A stretch of 64,000 nucleotides of DNA from an uncultured Actinomycetes bacterium (GCA_963836355.1 CAWIJO010000014.1:169230-233229), one strand, 5' to 3'. Counted from the first letter of the stretch, positions 55,261 through 64,000 are shown. Numbers and translations: made by a program. Notes: generated by a model not told the origin, from the sequence alone.

Positions 55261-56583
55261 TCAGCAGTTGTCGAGGAACCGGTCAAGCACGCGGACGCCG
55301 AAGCGCAGTGCCTCGACCGGTACTCGCTCGTCGATGCCGTGAAACATGCCGGAGAAGTCCAGCTCGGCCGGCAGCCGCAGGGGGGTGAATCCGAAGCACC
55401 GGATGCCAAGTCGGCTGAAGGACTTCGCGTCCGTGCCGCCGGACAGGCAGTAGGGCACGATCCGGGCATCGCCGTCCTCGGCCAGCAGCGCCGCGGCCAT
55501 GGCCGCGGTCAGATCGCCGTCGAACGTCGTCTCAAGCCCGGCACTGTGATGGAGGAACTCGCGCCGGACGCCGGCCCCGAGCAGCCCGTCGATCTCGGCG
55601 AAGAACTCCTCCTCGTGACCTGGCAGGAACCGGCCGTCCAGGTCAGCGGACGCGGTCTGCGGGACGACGTTCACCTTGTAGCCCGCCGACAGCACGGTTG
55701 GGTTGACGGTGTTGGTCAGCGTGGCGCCGACCATCCGGGCGATCGGGCCGAGCTTGGCGAGAACCTCGTCGGCCGCGTCCGGGGTGAACTCGATGCCGAG
55801 CGCCGCGGCGGCCTCGGCGAGGAACGCGGTGACTGACGGGGTCAGCCGGACCGGCCAGGCATGACGGCCGATCCTGGCGACGGTCTCGGCAACCTCGGTA
55901 ACCGCGTTGTCGGGCTGCAGCATCGACCCGTGCCCGGCGGTGCCGCGGGCGGTCAGCCGCATCCAGGCCATGCCCTTCTCCGCGGTCTGGATCGGGTAGA
56001 TGCGGCGCCCGCCGATGGTGGCACTGAAGCCGCCTACCTCGCCGATCGCCTCGGTGACTCCCTCGAAGAGATCCGGGTGGTTGTCCACCAGCCAGCTCGC
56101 GCCGAAAGTACCGCCCGCTTCCTCGTCGGCGGGGAACACGAGCAGCACGTCACGCGGCGGGCGGCGGCCTTCGCGCAGGCGCTGCCGCACGACCGCGAGG
56201 AGCATCGCGTCCATGTCCTTCATGTCCACCGCGCCGCGGCCCCAGACGCAGCCGTCCCGAACCTCACCGGAAAACGGGTGCACCTGCCAGTCGGCGGCGT
56301 CGGCCGGCACCACGTCGAGGTGCCCGTGGATGAGCAGGGCGGGCCTGGCCGGGTCCGTGCCGCTGATCCTGGCCACCAGGCTGGCCCGGCCAGGGTGGGA
56401 TTCCAGCAGCACGGAATCGAGGCCGACCTCGGCGAGCAGGGCGGCGACGCGCTCGGCGGCGTGCCGCTCGCCCGGGCCGGAGTGATCGCCGCGGTTGGTG
56501 GTGTCGATCCTGATCAGATCGCTGCACAGGGCGGCGACCTCATCCTGCGCGGTGGCCTCGCCGGAGGCGGGAGAGTTGATCAC
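55261..56583 (-). CDS. M20/M25/M40-family metallopeptidase/deacylase
   Basis: 'ALLIHGHLDVVPA', 'WGRGAVDMKDMDA', 'LLVFPADEEAGG', 'GGTDAKSF'. Confidence 0.85.
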   Translation of the reverse strand: MINSPASGEATAQDEVAALCSDLIRIDTTNRGDHSGPGERHAAERVAALLAEVGLDSVLLESHPGRASLVARISGTDPARPALLIHGHLDVVPADAADWQVHPFSGEVRDGCVWGRGAVDMKDMDAMLLAVVRQRLREGRRPPRDVLLVFPADEEAGGTFGASWLVDNHPDLFEGVTEAIGEVGGFSATIGGRRIYPIQTAEKGMAWMRLTARGTAGHGSMLQPDNAVTEVAETVARIGRHAWPVRLTPSVTAFLAEAAAALGIEFTPDAADEVLAKLGPIARMVGATLTNTVNPTVLSAGYKVNVVPQTASADLDGRFLPGHEEEFFAEIDGLLGAGVRREFLHHSAGLETTFDGDLTAAMAAALLAEDGDARIVPYCLSGGTDAKSFSRLGIRCFGFTPLRLPAELDFSGMFHGIDERVPVEALRFGVRVLDRFLDNC

Positions 56584-56715
56584 CTGGCCATGGTCGCATC
56601 CGTCTCACGCCCGCCCGCGCCTGGGGACACGCATTCGCCATCGCCCGGACCGGCCAGATTTGCTATCGTAATGCGGCCAGCCAGCATCCAAGCGGCTCAG
56701 TCGCGGGCTGGCTAC

Positions 56716-56800
56716 GTCCGGGTGGCGGAATAGGCAGACGCGCTAGCTTGAGGTGCTAGTGCCCCAAAAGGGCATGGGGGTTCAAGTCCCCCCTCGGACA
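56716..56800 (+). tRNA. tRNA-Leu (anticodon GAG), type II with long variable arm
   Basis: GTCCGGGTGGCGGAATAGGCAGACGCGCTAGCTTGAGGTGCTAGTGCCCCAAAAGGGCATGGGGGTTCAAGTCCCCCCTCGGACA. Anticodon loop TTGAGGT. CCA is not encoded. Confidence 0.92.
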
Positions 56801-56881
56801 CAACGTCTCCGCAGGTGAGAGCGCCGGGATCGGGGCGCAGCGCGGCCGTGACACTGCTCCTGACACTTGAGGCCCTGCTGG

Positions 56882-57945
56882 TCATGCTCCGGCCGCCTTG
56901 ACCAGGCCCGCGAACAGGTCCGCTGCCTCACGCTGGTTACCGGGCATGACGTGCGCATATATCGTCAGCGTGACCATCGGCGAGGCGTGCCCGAGCCGCT
57001 GCGAGACGACGTGCACCGGGACCCCGGCCAGGAAACTGGTAGGGAGCGGTTTACCGGCCGTGTCGAATACCTCAAGTCGAGGAGCGGCGAGATGGGGACT
57101 CTCGTCCTCCTTGGTGCGTCTTTGCCGTTGCCGCAGATGCATCAACGCGTCATGCGGCGTTACAAAAGCTGATGCAACATCGTGCCGTCTGCCGCAACCC
57201 AGTCCTCACACGACCATGTTGACCTGCGGTTTCTCGCCAAGCACTGCACACGGCAGTCGGCAAGCACGGTTCCGGTTCCCTTACGGCGCCGTCCTCACGC
57301 TTTCCGGGGAGTGATGCATCTGATGCAACTCCGCGCCCTTGCAGGATCGTCGCGTGAGTATGCCGAAGATCATGAAGCCTGATCTTCGGCATCGCGTCCT
57401 CGCCGAGCGCCTCGCGGCAGCGGGCCACGTCCCGGGCGAACTGGCGGGAGACATGCTCGGGGTTGCGGTGCCTGCCCTCGATGTCGCCGAACGCCAGCGC
57501 GCCGTCCCGGGCCAGCTGCAGCGCCATCGAGCCGCGCGCCTTGCGGTGAGCACGCCAGATGGCCACGGTTGCGTGGTCGACGTCGACCACGCGCGGCTTG
57601 CTGCTCTTGGTGTCGCCCTCGATCGTCTCGGCGCCCTCGCCCGCGACGCGCACCAGCCCGGCCGACCGGCGCACCCGCGCGGCGCCCGTTTCCATGTCCA
57701 GGTCGCGCCAGCGCGCGGCCAGCCATTCGCCGCGGCGCTCGCCCGTCATGGCGAGCGAGTGCCAGAGCGGGTAGTTGTGGCTGTGCTCGCTGGCCCAGGC
57801 CAGGAACGCGGCCAGCTGCGCCGCGGTCCAGCACGTCATCTCCGGCGCCTTGGCCTCCTGCGCGGTCGGCGGCGTGGCCGCGTCGGCTGGGTTGCGCAGC
57901 AGCAGGCTGTCCCTGACGGCCTGGGCGACGGCGAGCTGGCGCGGC
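56882..57945 (-). pseudogene. tyrosine recombinase (phage integrase family), N-terminally truncated and split by a ~0.3-kb insertion
   Basis: Fragment A (about 57342-57945): 'LAVAQAVRDSLLLRNPA...WTAAQLAAFLAWA...LAMTGERRGEWLAARWRDLD...IRLHDLRHTHATIL'. Fragment B (56882 to about 57034, different frame): 'FLAGVPVHVVSQRLGHASPMVTLTIYAHV' with the catalytic Tyr. These are normally contiguous. Confidence 0.8.
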
Positions 57946-57947
57946 CT

Positions 57948-58769
57948 GTGACCCTCCCCGCTGACCTGCCGGCCATCAAGACGGTCATCGAGGACAACGA
58001 CATCAAGCTGGTCATCATCGACGTGCTCATGGCCTACCTGGCCGGCGATGTCAATGCCCACCGGGACCAGGACATCCGCCGCGCGCTTCATGTCCTCTCC
58101 GCCCTGGCCGAGGGCTCCGGCTGCTGCGTCATCGTCCTGCGCCACCTCAACAAGTCAGGCGGTGCCAACGCGATGTACCGCGGCGGCGGCAGCATCGGCA
58201 TCATCGGCGCTGCCCGCGCCGGGTTCATGTGCGGCGCCGCCCCCGACGATGAAGCCGGCCAGCGGCGGGTGTTCGCGAACATCAAGATGAACATCGCCGC
58301 CGAGCCGCAGTCCCTCGCCTACCGCCTGGCCGTCGACGGCCAGGACGAAGTCGCCAGGGTGGAGTGGGAAGGCGTCAGCGAGCACCGCGCCCGCGACCTG
58401 CTGGCCGAGCCCGAGGGCGATGACGACCGCAGCGAGCGGAACGAAGCCGCCTCATGGCTCACCAGCTACCTGACCGACTGCGGAGGCGAGGCAAAGTCGG
58501 TGGACGTGAAGAAGGCGGCGCACGGTGCCGGATTCGCCGAGAGGACTCTCGACCGGGCCCGCAAGCGCGCAGGAGTGACGACCGAACGCAATGGCTTCGG
58601 GAAGGGCGCGGTTTACCTCTGGCGCCTCGACCCGTCATGTACGCGACATGCTCGCCATGCTCGCCAGCTCTCAGACGGTGGCGCACAAGGCGAGCATGTG
58701 GCGAGCATGGCCACCGCCATTGACGGCGCAGAGGCCAGGCCAGTAACCGCCATCGGCGCCGGCGCCTGA
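57948..58769 (+). pseudogene. RecA-fold ATPase of mobile elements (AAA_25/RepA-like), 5'-truncated
   Basis: 'IKLVIIDVLMAYLAGDVNAHRDQDIRRALHVLSALAEGSGCCVIVLRHLNKSGG...YRGGGSIGIIGAARAGF' covers the Walker B and downstream motifs. No Walker A precedes it. The sequence upstream of about 57948 is the antisense of the integrase fragment. Confidence 0.6.
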
Positions 58770-58848
58770 CCAGCGCCTCACGGAGACCCCTGCCAGCTAC
58801 CCAGCCAGCGGAGGGTCTCTGCCGTCATCGGCCGCATCGCGGCGGTGA

Positions 58849-59088
58849 TCAGCCCGGCTGGTCTGCCACGAAGGTCCCATGCCCGCTGACCCCAAACACG
58901 AGGCCCTCGGCCTTCAGGATGCGAATGGCCTTGTTCACGGTCGCGCTGGCCAGCTCGTACTTCTCCGCCAGCTTCACGATGCTCGGCAGCTGCGAGCCGG
59001 GCGGCAGCTCCCCGGACTCAATCTGAGCGCGGATGATCGCCGCGAGCTGCCTGCTCGGCGGCTCGGGTACACCGCGCTGCACCACCAT
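58849..59088 (-). CDS. GntR-family winged-HTH protein (DNA-binding domain only)
   Basis: 79 aa. 'RQLAAIIRAQIESGELPPGSQLPSIVKLAEKYELASATVNKAIRILKAEGLV'. Confidence 0.75.
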   Translation of the reverse strand: MVVQRGVPEPPSRQLAAIIRAQIESGELPPGSQLPSIVKLAEKYELASATVNKAIRILKAEGLVFGVSGHGTFVADQPG

Positions 59089-59163
59089 GCAGCAAGGTTA
59101 TGGTTTCCTTACCTATCAAGATCAAGAGACACGGACCTGTAGCGCGGTGTAGTCGGGTGGGAT

Positions 59164-59397
59164 TTGATCGGGTTCATGACCGGCACCGCAGAGCCCTCGC
59201 CCGAGTGGGGCCTGAACATCGGCGGATTCATCAAGGCGCACCCCGGCCACGTCATCCGCGGCGGGTTAGAAGGCTTCGGGTGGACCGCGCAAGCCAAGGA
59301 TGAGCGCGGCCGACCCAGGGGCGTGATACTGGCCGATCTCAGCCTTGACGCACTGGCCGCGAAGATCCGGGCAGCCCGGGACCGCAGCACCCGGTAG
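59164..59397 (+). CDS. hypothetical protein (mobile-element associated)
   Basis: 77-aa ORF (TTG 59164, or ATG 59176). No recognisable motif. Coding assignment rests on ORF length and context only. Confidence 0.35.
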   Translation: MIGFMTGTAEPSPEWGLNIGGFIKAHPGHVIRGGLEGFGWTAQAKDERGRPRGVILADLSLDALAAKIRAARDRSTR

Positions 59398-59440
59398 CCA
59401 GCGGAACACTCCGGCTGCCGGCGCCTATAGCGCCAACCCC

Positions 59441-59929
59441 ATGACGCGCGGGCACGCGCGCGTAGGACCATGGAACGTGCCACGTCTCCGTAAGGGCCGC
59501 GAGGGCTGCGGCGCCACCTGCCGCGACGGCCACCCCTGCCAGGCCCCGGCCGTCCCCGAGGCGCTCGTGTGCCTTAAGCACGGCGGTTCCGCGCCGCAGG
59601 TCGCGATCAAGGCACGGCACCGGCAGCTCGCGTATTTCGTCGCGCTGCATGACTGGCTGGACGCTCGCGGGACAGACCAAGAAGATAACGCGCTGACCAG
59701 GCACGGCAATGCCCTGTCGGCACTGCGGGCTTACGAGGGCAAGCTGGAGCACCTGCGCGAGCTGCAGGCCGAGGCTCGCCGACGCAAGGCGGAGGGCAGC
59801 TATGTCCGGTCGGCCGAGCTGCCGCCGGTCGTGCGCCTGGCGAAGCTGGAGCGCCGCGCCGCCGAGCTGGCCCGCTGGAAACCTCGCCCTGGCGACCCGT
59901 GGCCGACAGGGCGCCCGGCCGGGCTGTGA
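59441..59929 (+). CDS. phage/plasmid-type protein with Cys-x...-C-x2-HGGxAPQ motif
   Basis: ATG 59441. 'CGATCRDGHPCQAPAVPEALVCLKHGGSAPQV', then a coiled-coil-like tail. Confidence 0.5.
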   Translation: MTRGHARVGPWNVPRLRKGREGCGATCRDGHPCQAPAVPEALVCLKHGGSAPQVAIKARHRQLAYFVALHDWLDARGTDQEDNALTRHGNALSALRAYEGKLEHLRELQAEARRRKAEGSYVRSAELPPVVRLAKLERRAAELARWKPRPGDPWPTGRPAGL

Positions 59930-60015
59930 CCGCCCGCAGCCTGGCGGACCGGTGCGAGGGGCGAACCTCATGGACGCGCCCCCATTCGCGCGCGAGACAC
60001 TGCGATTATCGGCCC

Positions 60016-60183
60016 ATGGCCAAGACACGGCAGGCGCTCCGGTGCCGGGCGCACAACCGGCGGGGCCTACCCTGCGGCAACTTCGCCACGCTCGGCGCCG
60101 AGGTCTGCCGGATCCACGGGGGCGGAGCGCCGCAGGTACGCCAGGCCGCCCGGCTCGCCCTGGCGAACGACGCCGCCGCGTGA
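60016..60183 (+). CDS. small protein with a second copy of the C...PC...C-x-IHGGGAPQ motif
   Basis: MAKTRQALRCRAHNRRGLPCGNFATLGAEVCRIHGGGAPQVRQAARLALANDAAA. Same motif as the N-terminus of the 59441-59929 product. Confidence 0.5.
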   Translation: MAKTRQALRCRAHNRRGLPCGNFATLGAEVCRIHGGGAPQVRQAARLALANDAAA

Positions 60184-60340
60184 CTGCTCGGGTCGATGCG
60201 CTACCGCGGCGGGCGCCTGGTGATGGACGGCAGGATCGGACCGCTACGCGCGGACGGCTATGGCTACCTGCCGCCGAACCGCAGGGAGCGGGAGCGCGCC
60301 GCGACTGCTCGGGTGTCAGTTATGGCGGGAGGGCTCATAA

Positions 60341-60745
60341 GTGGCGAACCGCGGGGGACGCAGGTCCGCGGCGCTTGACGCCAGCCCGGTCACTGACCCG
60401 CTCGCCGCCCTGGCTGGCCTCGCTGGCCAAGTGCTCGCCTGGCGGGACGAGATGGCCAGCCAGGTGAACGCGCTCACGTCGCTGCGGTACGAGGCCGAGA
60501 ACGGGGAGCAACGCCGCGCAGAGGTCGCCCTCTGGGAGCGGGCCCCCGACCGCGCCGAGCGAGTCCTCGTCGCGATGGTCAGGCTGAACATTGACGAGCG
60601 CCAGGTCGCGGTCACCGAGGCGCAGGCGGACATGATCGAGCGGGCCGTCTCGGCAGCGCTGGCGGACGCGGGCCTCGACCTGGAGGCGCAGGACCGTGCC
60701 CGGCGGGTCGTCGGCCGGCATCTGCGCGCCGTCCCAGATGAGTGA
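60341..60745 (+). CDS. hypothetical protein (mobile-element associated)
   Basis: 134-aa ORF, helical and acidic/basic mix (…LRYEAENGEQRRAEVALWERAPDRAERVLVAMVRLNIDERQVAVTEAQADMIERAV…). No family recognised. Confidence 0.45.
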   Translation: MANRGGRRSAALDASPVTDPLAALAGLAGQVLAWRDEMASQVNALTSLRYEAENGEQRRAEVALWERAPDRAERVLVAMVRLNIDERQVAVTEAQADMIERAVSAALADAGLDLEAQDRARRVVGRHLRAVPDE

Positions 60746-61105
60746 CGCGCCGCTGGAGCACCCATAAAACCGCGTGCATGGCAGATTCAGCAGTTACCCT
60801 GATCACAGTCTCACAGCCAGGGTTCAAGGCACCGACACCCGGTAACCTGACCGCGCTTGGAACGCCTTCCTTGCCGACCAGCTAGTTGAGGCACAGGCGC
60901 TGGCTGCCAATGACTTCCGGCCTTCTATGCGCACGGTAGTGCTACCTACGCATCATCCGAGGCCTTCTACAACGCCGCAGTCAACGATGGCGTCAACCCG
61001 GAGTGGCTGCCCTGGCCTGGTGGCTGACAGTTGGCTCTGACTTCGGAACGATCGCTGGGAGGTCGGGGGAACGGTTAGATCAATCCATTCAACGCAGGGG
61101 GGAAC

Positions 61106-61561
61106 ATGAGCGGCAAGACCTGGTTCTTTGTCTTCATTCCGGTAGGTGCCATCGTTGCAGCGATCAGCGCGGTGTCGGGTGCATCGTCCGGACAGCAGTC
61201 CAGCACGCCGGACTTCTCGGCTCCGGTCGCAAGTGCACCGGCTACGGCACAACACGCACCGGCCCGGCAGACAGTCACCTACAAGGTCACCGGCTCAAAG
61301 GGGGTCTGGCTGGTTTCCTACGGCCCGGCTCGCTCTGAATTCAAGGGTCACTCACCCATGACCATCACCCGCAGGCTGAGTAACCCGTTTGATTACTCGA
61401 TACAGGCGAGCACCGGCATCTCCGGCGGGCACGTCACCGTGTCGATCCTGGTTGACGGCAAGCTTATCGCTCGCTCGCACGCTACCGGCCCGGCAAGTCT
61501 GGCTCACGTCATGATCATTAAAAATGCAGACGGCCAGCGGATCAACGGGCTGTCGTCATGA
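61106..61561 (+). CDS. membrane-anchored hypothetical protein
   Basis: MSGKTWFFVFIPVGAIVAAISAV (N-terminal TM anchor), Ser/Ala/Pro linker, then a beta-rich domain 'VTYKVTGSKGVWLVSYGP...VTVSILVDGKLIA' (MmpS-like flavour). GGGGGAACATG SD-like context. The stop overlaps the next start (ATGA). Confidence 0.6.
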   Translation: MSGKTWFFVFIPVGAIVAAISAVSGASSGQQSSTPDFSAPVASAPATAQHAPARQTVTYKVTGSKGVWLVSYGPARSEFKGHSPMTITRRLSNPFDYSIQASTGISGGHVTVSILVDGKLIARSHATGPASLAHVMIIKNADGQRINGLSS

Positions 61562-61971
61562 ACGCCAGAATCATCGTGACTGCGTCGATTGCCGCAGTGC
61601 TCATGCTGGGCGCCGCAGCTTGCGGGGGATCAGCACCGGCAGCAGCCAAGCCTGGCCTGCAGAACGTGCGCATATTGGAGCAGGTCATCAGTCGCCATGA
61701 CGTGAAGGCTGATGCTAGCTACGGCGACTCATTCACCAGCAAGGTCAAATGCGTGCCAACCGTGCCGAATACATTCGCCTGCAGCATCCACGACGTGCTG
61801 AAGGTGGATAACAAGACCGGTGGCTGGACCGACCACCTGACCATCCACGTCACACCAGATGGCAGGAGCTGGTTCAGCAGCCCGCGTAAAGACGTGGGTC
61901 AGCACGCCACCGATCTCGGCTGGCAGCTCCTGGTCGGCAATCTGATTAACCAGCAGGGAGGATCATCATGA
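61558..61971 (+). CDS. putative lipoprotein
   Basis: MNARIIVTASIAAVLMLGAAAC-GGS: signal peptide plus lipobox Cys. The stop overlaps the next start (ATGA). Confidence 0.6.
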   Translation: MNARIIVTASIAAVLMLGAAACGGSAPAAAKPGLQNVRILEQVISRHDVKADASYGDSFTSKVKCVPTVPNTFACSIHDVLKVDNKTGGWTDHLTIHVTPDGRSWFSSPRKDVGQHATDLGWQLLVGNLINQQGGSS

Positions 61972-62237
61972 GCCGCGCCACCAGAAAGGCCGACCGGGAA
62001 CTGATCCGCGAAGCGAAGAACCCGCCATACTTCTCCGATGAGTGCGACAACGGCAAGTGCGCCGAGTGCAGCGGCAGTCAGTTCAAGACTCCCCGGCATG
62101 TGCCCGGCACCGCGCCGAGTGTCATTGGCTGGATTATCTATCTGCCTTTGGCGCTGATCAGGGCGGTATTCCAGCGGTCGGCCGTACGGCGGTACACCGA
62201 ATGTGTCACCTGCGGCGCCACCTACCGGGTTGGGTGA
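61968..62237 (+). CDS. small Cys-rich membrane protein
   Basis: 'CDNGKCAECSG...' and 'CVTCGATY' (4-Cys ribbon) flank one TM segment, 'VIGWIIYLPLALIRAVF'. Confidence 0.5.
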   Translation: MSRATRKADRELIREAKNPPYFSDECDNGKCAECSGSQFKTPRHVPGTAPSVIGWIIYLPLALIRAVFQRSAVRRYTECVTCGATYRVG

Positions 62238-62548
62238 ATGACACTGTTCGGGTTGCCCTCGGTGGAGTCGCTGACCACCGGGGGCTGTTTACTGGCCGGA
62301 CTGCTGCCCTCGTTGCTCATGCGCGTAACGGTAGATGCCCCCTCACCTGGCCGGAACAATCCGACTACTGGGTAACCAGTCTCGGGCAAGAGGGATATGA
62401 CCAGGTTGCCCTGATTGTTTTCACCGGGCCCTACACGGCCCCCAGATGGCCCAGGATGGTGTGGGGCTGGACAAGTGGGGTGGGGTGGGTGCCGGAGAAC
62501 ACGGCTCAGGGACTCTGTGCAAGGCTGTGGACCCCGCGGGTGGCATAA
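62234..62548 (+). CDS. hypothetical Trp-rich protein (possible fourth gene of the cargo operon)
   Basis: GTG 62234 overlaps the upstream stop (GTGA). 104 aa, '...WPEQSDYWVTSLGQEGYDQVALIVFTGPYTAPRWPRMVWGWTSGVGWVPEN'. Support is ORF plus coupling only. Confidence 0.35.
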   Translation: MNDTVRVALGGVADHRGLFTGRTAALVAHARNGRCPLTWPEQSDYWVTSLGQEGYDQVALIVFTGPYTAPRWPRMVWGWTSGVGWVPENTAQGLCARLWTPRVA

Positions 62549-62752
62549 AATCCAGGTGCCATAGCTTATACCTACGCGGGATATCGATAAAAGACTACTA
62601 TCTGACACTTTCCCATAACCACATCGTGCAGAAATCGCGGGCTTCGCCGATTGCGGCCAGGGCGGCGAGTTCGCCGTGAAGCGCCCGGACGGCGGCCAGC
62701 GCCACCAGGTCCCGGTCCTCGCCGCTGCCCATTGGTGCCTCCTGTCCGAAGG

Positions 62753-63343
62753 CTAGCCAGCCACTGTCTGCAGGTGCCGGTACACCGATGCGCGGGAGAC
62801 GCCGAGCGCCTTTGCGATCTGCGTAGGGCTCTCGCCGTTCTCCCGGCGGGCCCGGGCCGCGGCGAGCTTGTCCGCGTCCATGACGGTCGGCCGTCCGCCG
62901 ACGTTGCCCTTGGCCCGGGCTGCTTTCAGGCCGGCCATGGTCCGCATGTGGATCTGGTCGCGCTCGAACTTGGCGAACGCGCTCAGGATCGTGAAAAATA
63001 GCTTGCCCGCGCCGGTCGGCTGGTAGTCGCCAACCAGCGTGCCCGCAAGGATGCGCAGGCCGATGCCGCGCTCGTGCAGGTCATCGGCGATCGTCAGTAT
63101 CTCTTTGGTCGACCGGCCGAGCCGGTCCAGCTGCCACACGACGAGGGTGTCGCCCTCGCGGAGGTAGTCGAGCGCGGCCACCAGGCCCGGCCGGTCGCTG
63201 ACCTGCTTGCGGCTCGAAACCGTGTCCGTGAAGATCCGCACCACGCCTGCATCGTTGAGCGCGTCTTCCTGCAGCTGCGCGTCCTGCGCGTCGGTGGAAA
63301 CGCGGGCTAGCCCGACTAGGGTGCGGTGCTTGGTCGCTGTCAT
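62753..63343 (-). CDS. serine recombinase (resolvase/invertase family)
   Basis: 196 aa. 'LVGLARVSTDAQDAQLQ' (catalytic Ser), 'GDTLVVWQLDRLGRS', 'FAKFERDQIHMRTMAGL', C-terminal HTH 'ESPTQIAKALGVSRASVYRHL'. Confidence 0.9.
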   Translation of the reverse strand: MTATKHRTLVGLARVSTDAQDAQLQEDALNDAGVVRIFTDTVSSRKQVSDRPGLVAALDYLREGDTLVVWQLDRLGRSTKEILTIADDLHERGIGLRILAGTLVGDYQPTGAGKLFFTILSAFAKFERDQIHMRTMAGLKAARAKGNVGGRPTVMDADKLAAARARRENGESPTQIAKALGVSRASVYRHLQTVAG

Positions 63344-63599
63344 GCGCCCTAGCGTCGCAGAACCGTCTCACAACATCAAGCAACTTGAGCAAGTTTTTAG
63401 ACGGGTTTTGAGACACGAATACGGGCCTCCTGGGTGCGCCCGGCCACCGTCTCAGAATCGATCGTTTCTGAACAGGCGGGATCAGGGCTGTTCAGGAGCG
63501 CTCAGCCTCAGGACGGTGCAGCCGTCACGCTGGCACTCAGGAGCGCTCAGCAAGGACACTGGACGGCAAGAGTCCCGATGGCGAGTGACCGGAGGTCAG

Positions 63600-63812
63600 G
63601 TGGCCGGCAAGCTACTGCAGCGCGGTGAGGCCGCTGAGCGGCTTCACGTCTCGCAGATGACAGTCCGGCGGCTCGCGCTGGCCGGCCACCTGGATGAGGT
63701 CAGGGTCGGCCAGCGAGCCATCCGGGTCACCGAAGACTCCGTTGAGCGGCACATCGCCACACGGCGCATCACGAGGCACGGCGCCAGCGCACCAGGAAGC
63801 GATGCCGCTTGA
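63600..63812 (+). CDS. excisionase/MerR-type helix-turn-helix protein
   Basis: GTG 63600 four nt after GGAGG. 'LLQRGEAAERLHVSQMTVRRLALAGHLDEVRVGQRAIRVTEDSVERHI'. Confidence 0.55.
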   Translation: MAGKLLQRGEAAERLHVSQMTVRRLALAGHLDEVRVGQRAIRVTEDSVERHIATRRITRHGASAPGSDAA

Positions 63813-63839
63813 GCCTGTCTGCGTATCAATCTCGTCCCG

Positions 63840-64000
63840 CTAGCGGCCTCTGTGGTGATGGCGGACGGGCGTGATCGCGATGCCATCAGGCCTTTTCCCG
63901 ACCGTGACCGGCGGCCCGGGGGTGTTGGTGGCGGTCCGGATCGGGATCACCATGTCGGCGCTGGTGACGTAGACAGTTTTCCCGTCGGGGGTAATCGCGA
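63840..64000 (-). CDS. YVTN-type beta-propeller repeat protein, C-terminal end (5' part outside window)
   Basis: The minus strand reads AITPDGKTVYVTSADMVIPIRTATNTPGPPVTVGKRPDGIAITP..., the 40-residue YVTN repeat pattern. Stop at 63840-63842. Confidence 0.5.
   Translation of the reverse strand, partial: AITPDGKTVYVTSADMVIPIRTATNTPGPPVTVGKRPDGIAITPVRHHHRGR

Larger units (their letters stand above)
56801..60760. mobile_element. degraded integrative element (AICE/prophage remnant) adjacent to tRNA-Leu
   Basis: Starts right after the tRNA 3' end. Contains broken tyrosine-integrase pieces, a 5'-truncated RecA-fold (AAA_25/RepA-like) gene, a GntR-type wHTH gene, and phage/plasmid-style small genes. 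The right boundary is not defined by a clear att repeat. Confidence 0.55.
60761..63812. mobile_element. lower-GC cargo island with serine recombinase and excisionase-type HTH gene
   Basis: Composition visibly drops (many A/T-ending codons) from about 60760 to 62750. Four overlapping small genes for membrane/secreted proteins are followed by a resolvase/invertase gene and a small HTH gene. Confidence 0.45.

Noticed and set aside
60819-60838. 'agggttcaaggcaccgacac' as an attR copy of the tRNA-Leu 3' end (ggggttcaagtcccccctcggaca)
   Set aside because: Only a 9-nt core (gggttcaag) plus scattered matches. That is too weak to define an element boundary without a genome comparison.

Overview
High-GC (roughly 70% by eye) actinobacterial chromosomal segment, densely coded, with many spurious long antisense ORFs. 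Contents, left to right: (1) 1.9-19.8 kb holds a complete group 1h (Hhy-type, cytosolic, high-affinity) [NiFe]-hydrogenase locus. On the minus strand, hhyS-hhyL are followed by a translationally coupled chain of conserved unknowns and two small ORFs. On the plus strand sit a divergent regulator, YceI, two SIS/GmhA-like genes around a HupF-like chaperone, the maturation protease and hypCDEAB. hypF is convergent. (2) 19.8-31 kb holds housekeeping and accessory genes (amidohydrolase, Mca-like amidase, nitronate monooxygenase, STAS protein, UvrD-like helicase, SigJ-like ECF sigma, CDF transporter, DAG-kinase-like lipid kinase) around a decayed patch with a frameshifted DksA/TraR gene and a PLP-decarboxylase remnant. 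(3) 31-38 kb holds treY-treZ-glgX. (4) 38-43.4 kb holds a five-gene cassette I cannot assign to a known pathway: ATP-grasp, S51-peptidase-like, two esterases, ATP-grasp. (5) 43.4-56.8 kb holds a PRC-barrel protein, an orphan CoxM-like protein, an XRE regulator, tRNA-Thr, the conserved block ricT(PSP1)-holB-(MFS::tmk)-topA, an M20 peptidase and tRNA-Leu. (6) 56.8-63.9 kb holds a degraded integrative element next to tRNA-Leu, followed by a lower-GC cargo island with a serine recombinase. Cross-cutting observations: at least four apparent 1-nt frameshifts; two genes (including essential topA) with no ATG/GTG/TTG start but a plausible CTG; and unusually frequent short tandem repeats (9-32 nt units) both inside conserved enzymes and between genes. 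No rRNA or CRISPR array is present. All calls rest on reading the translations and the sequence. No database search was run.
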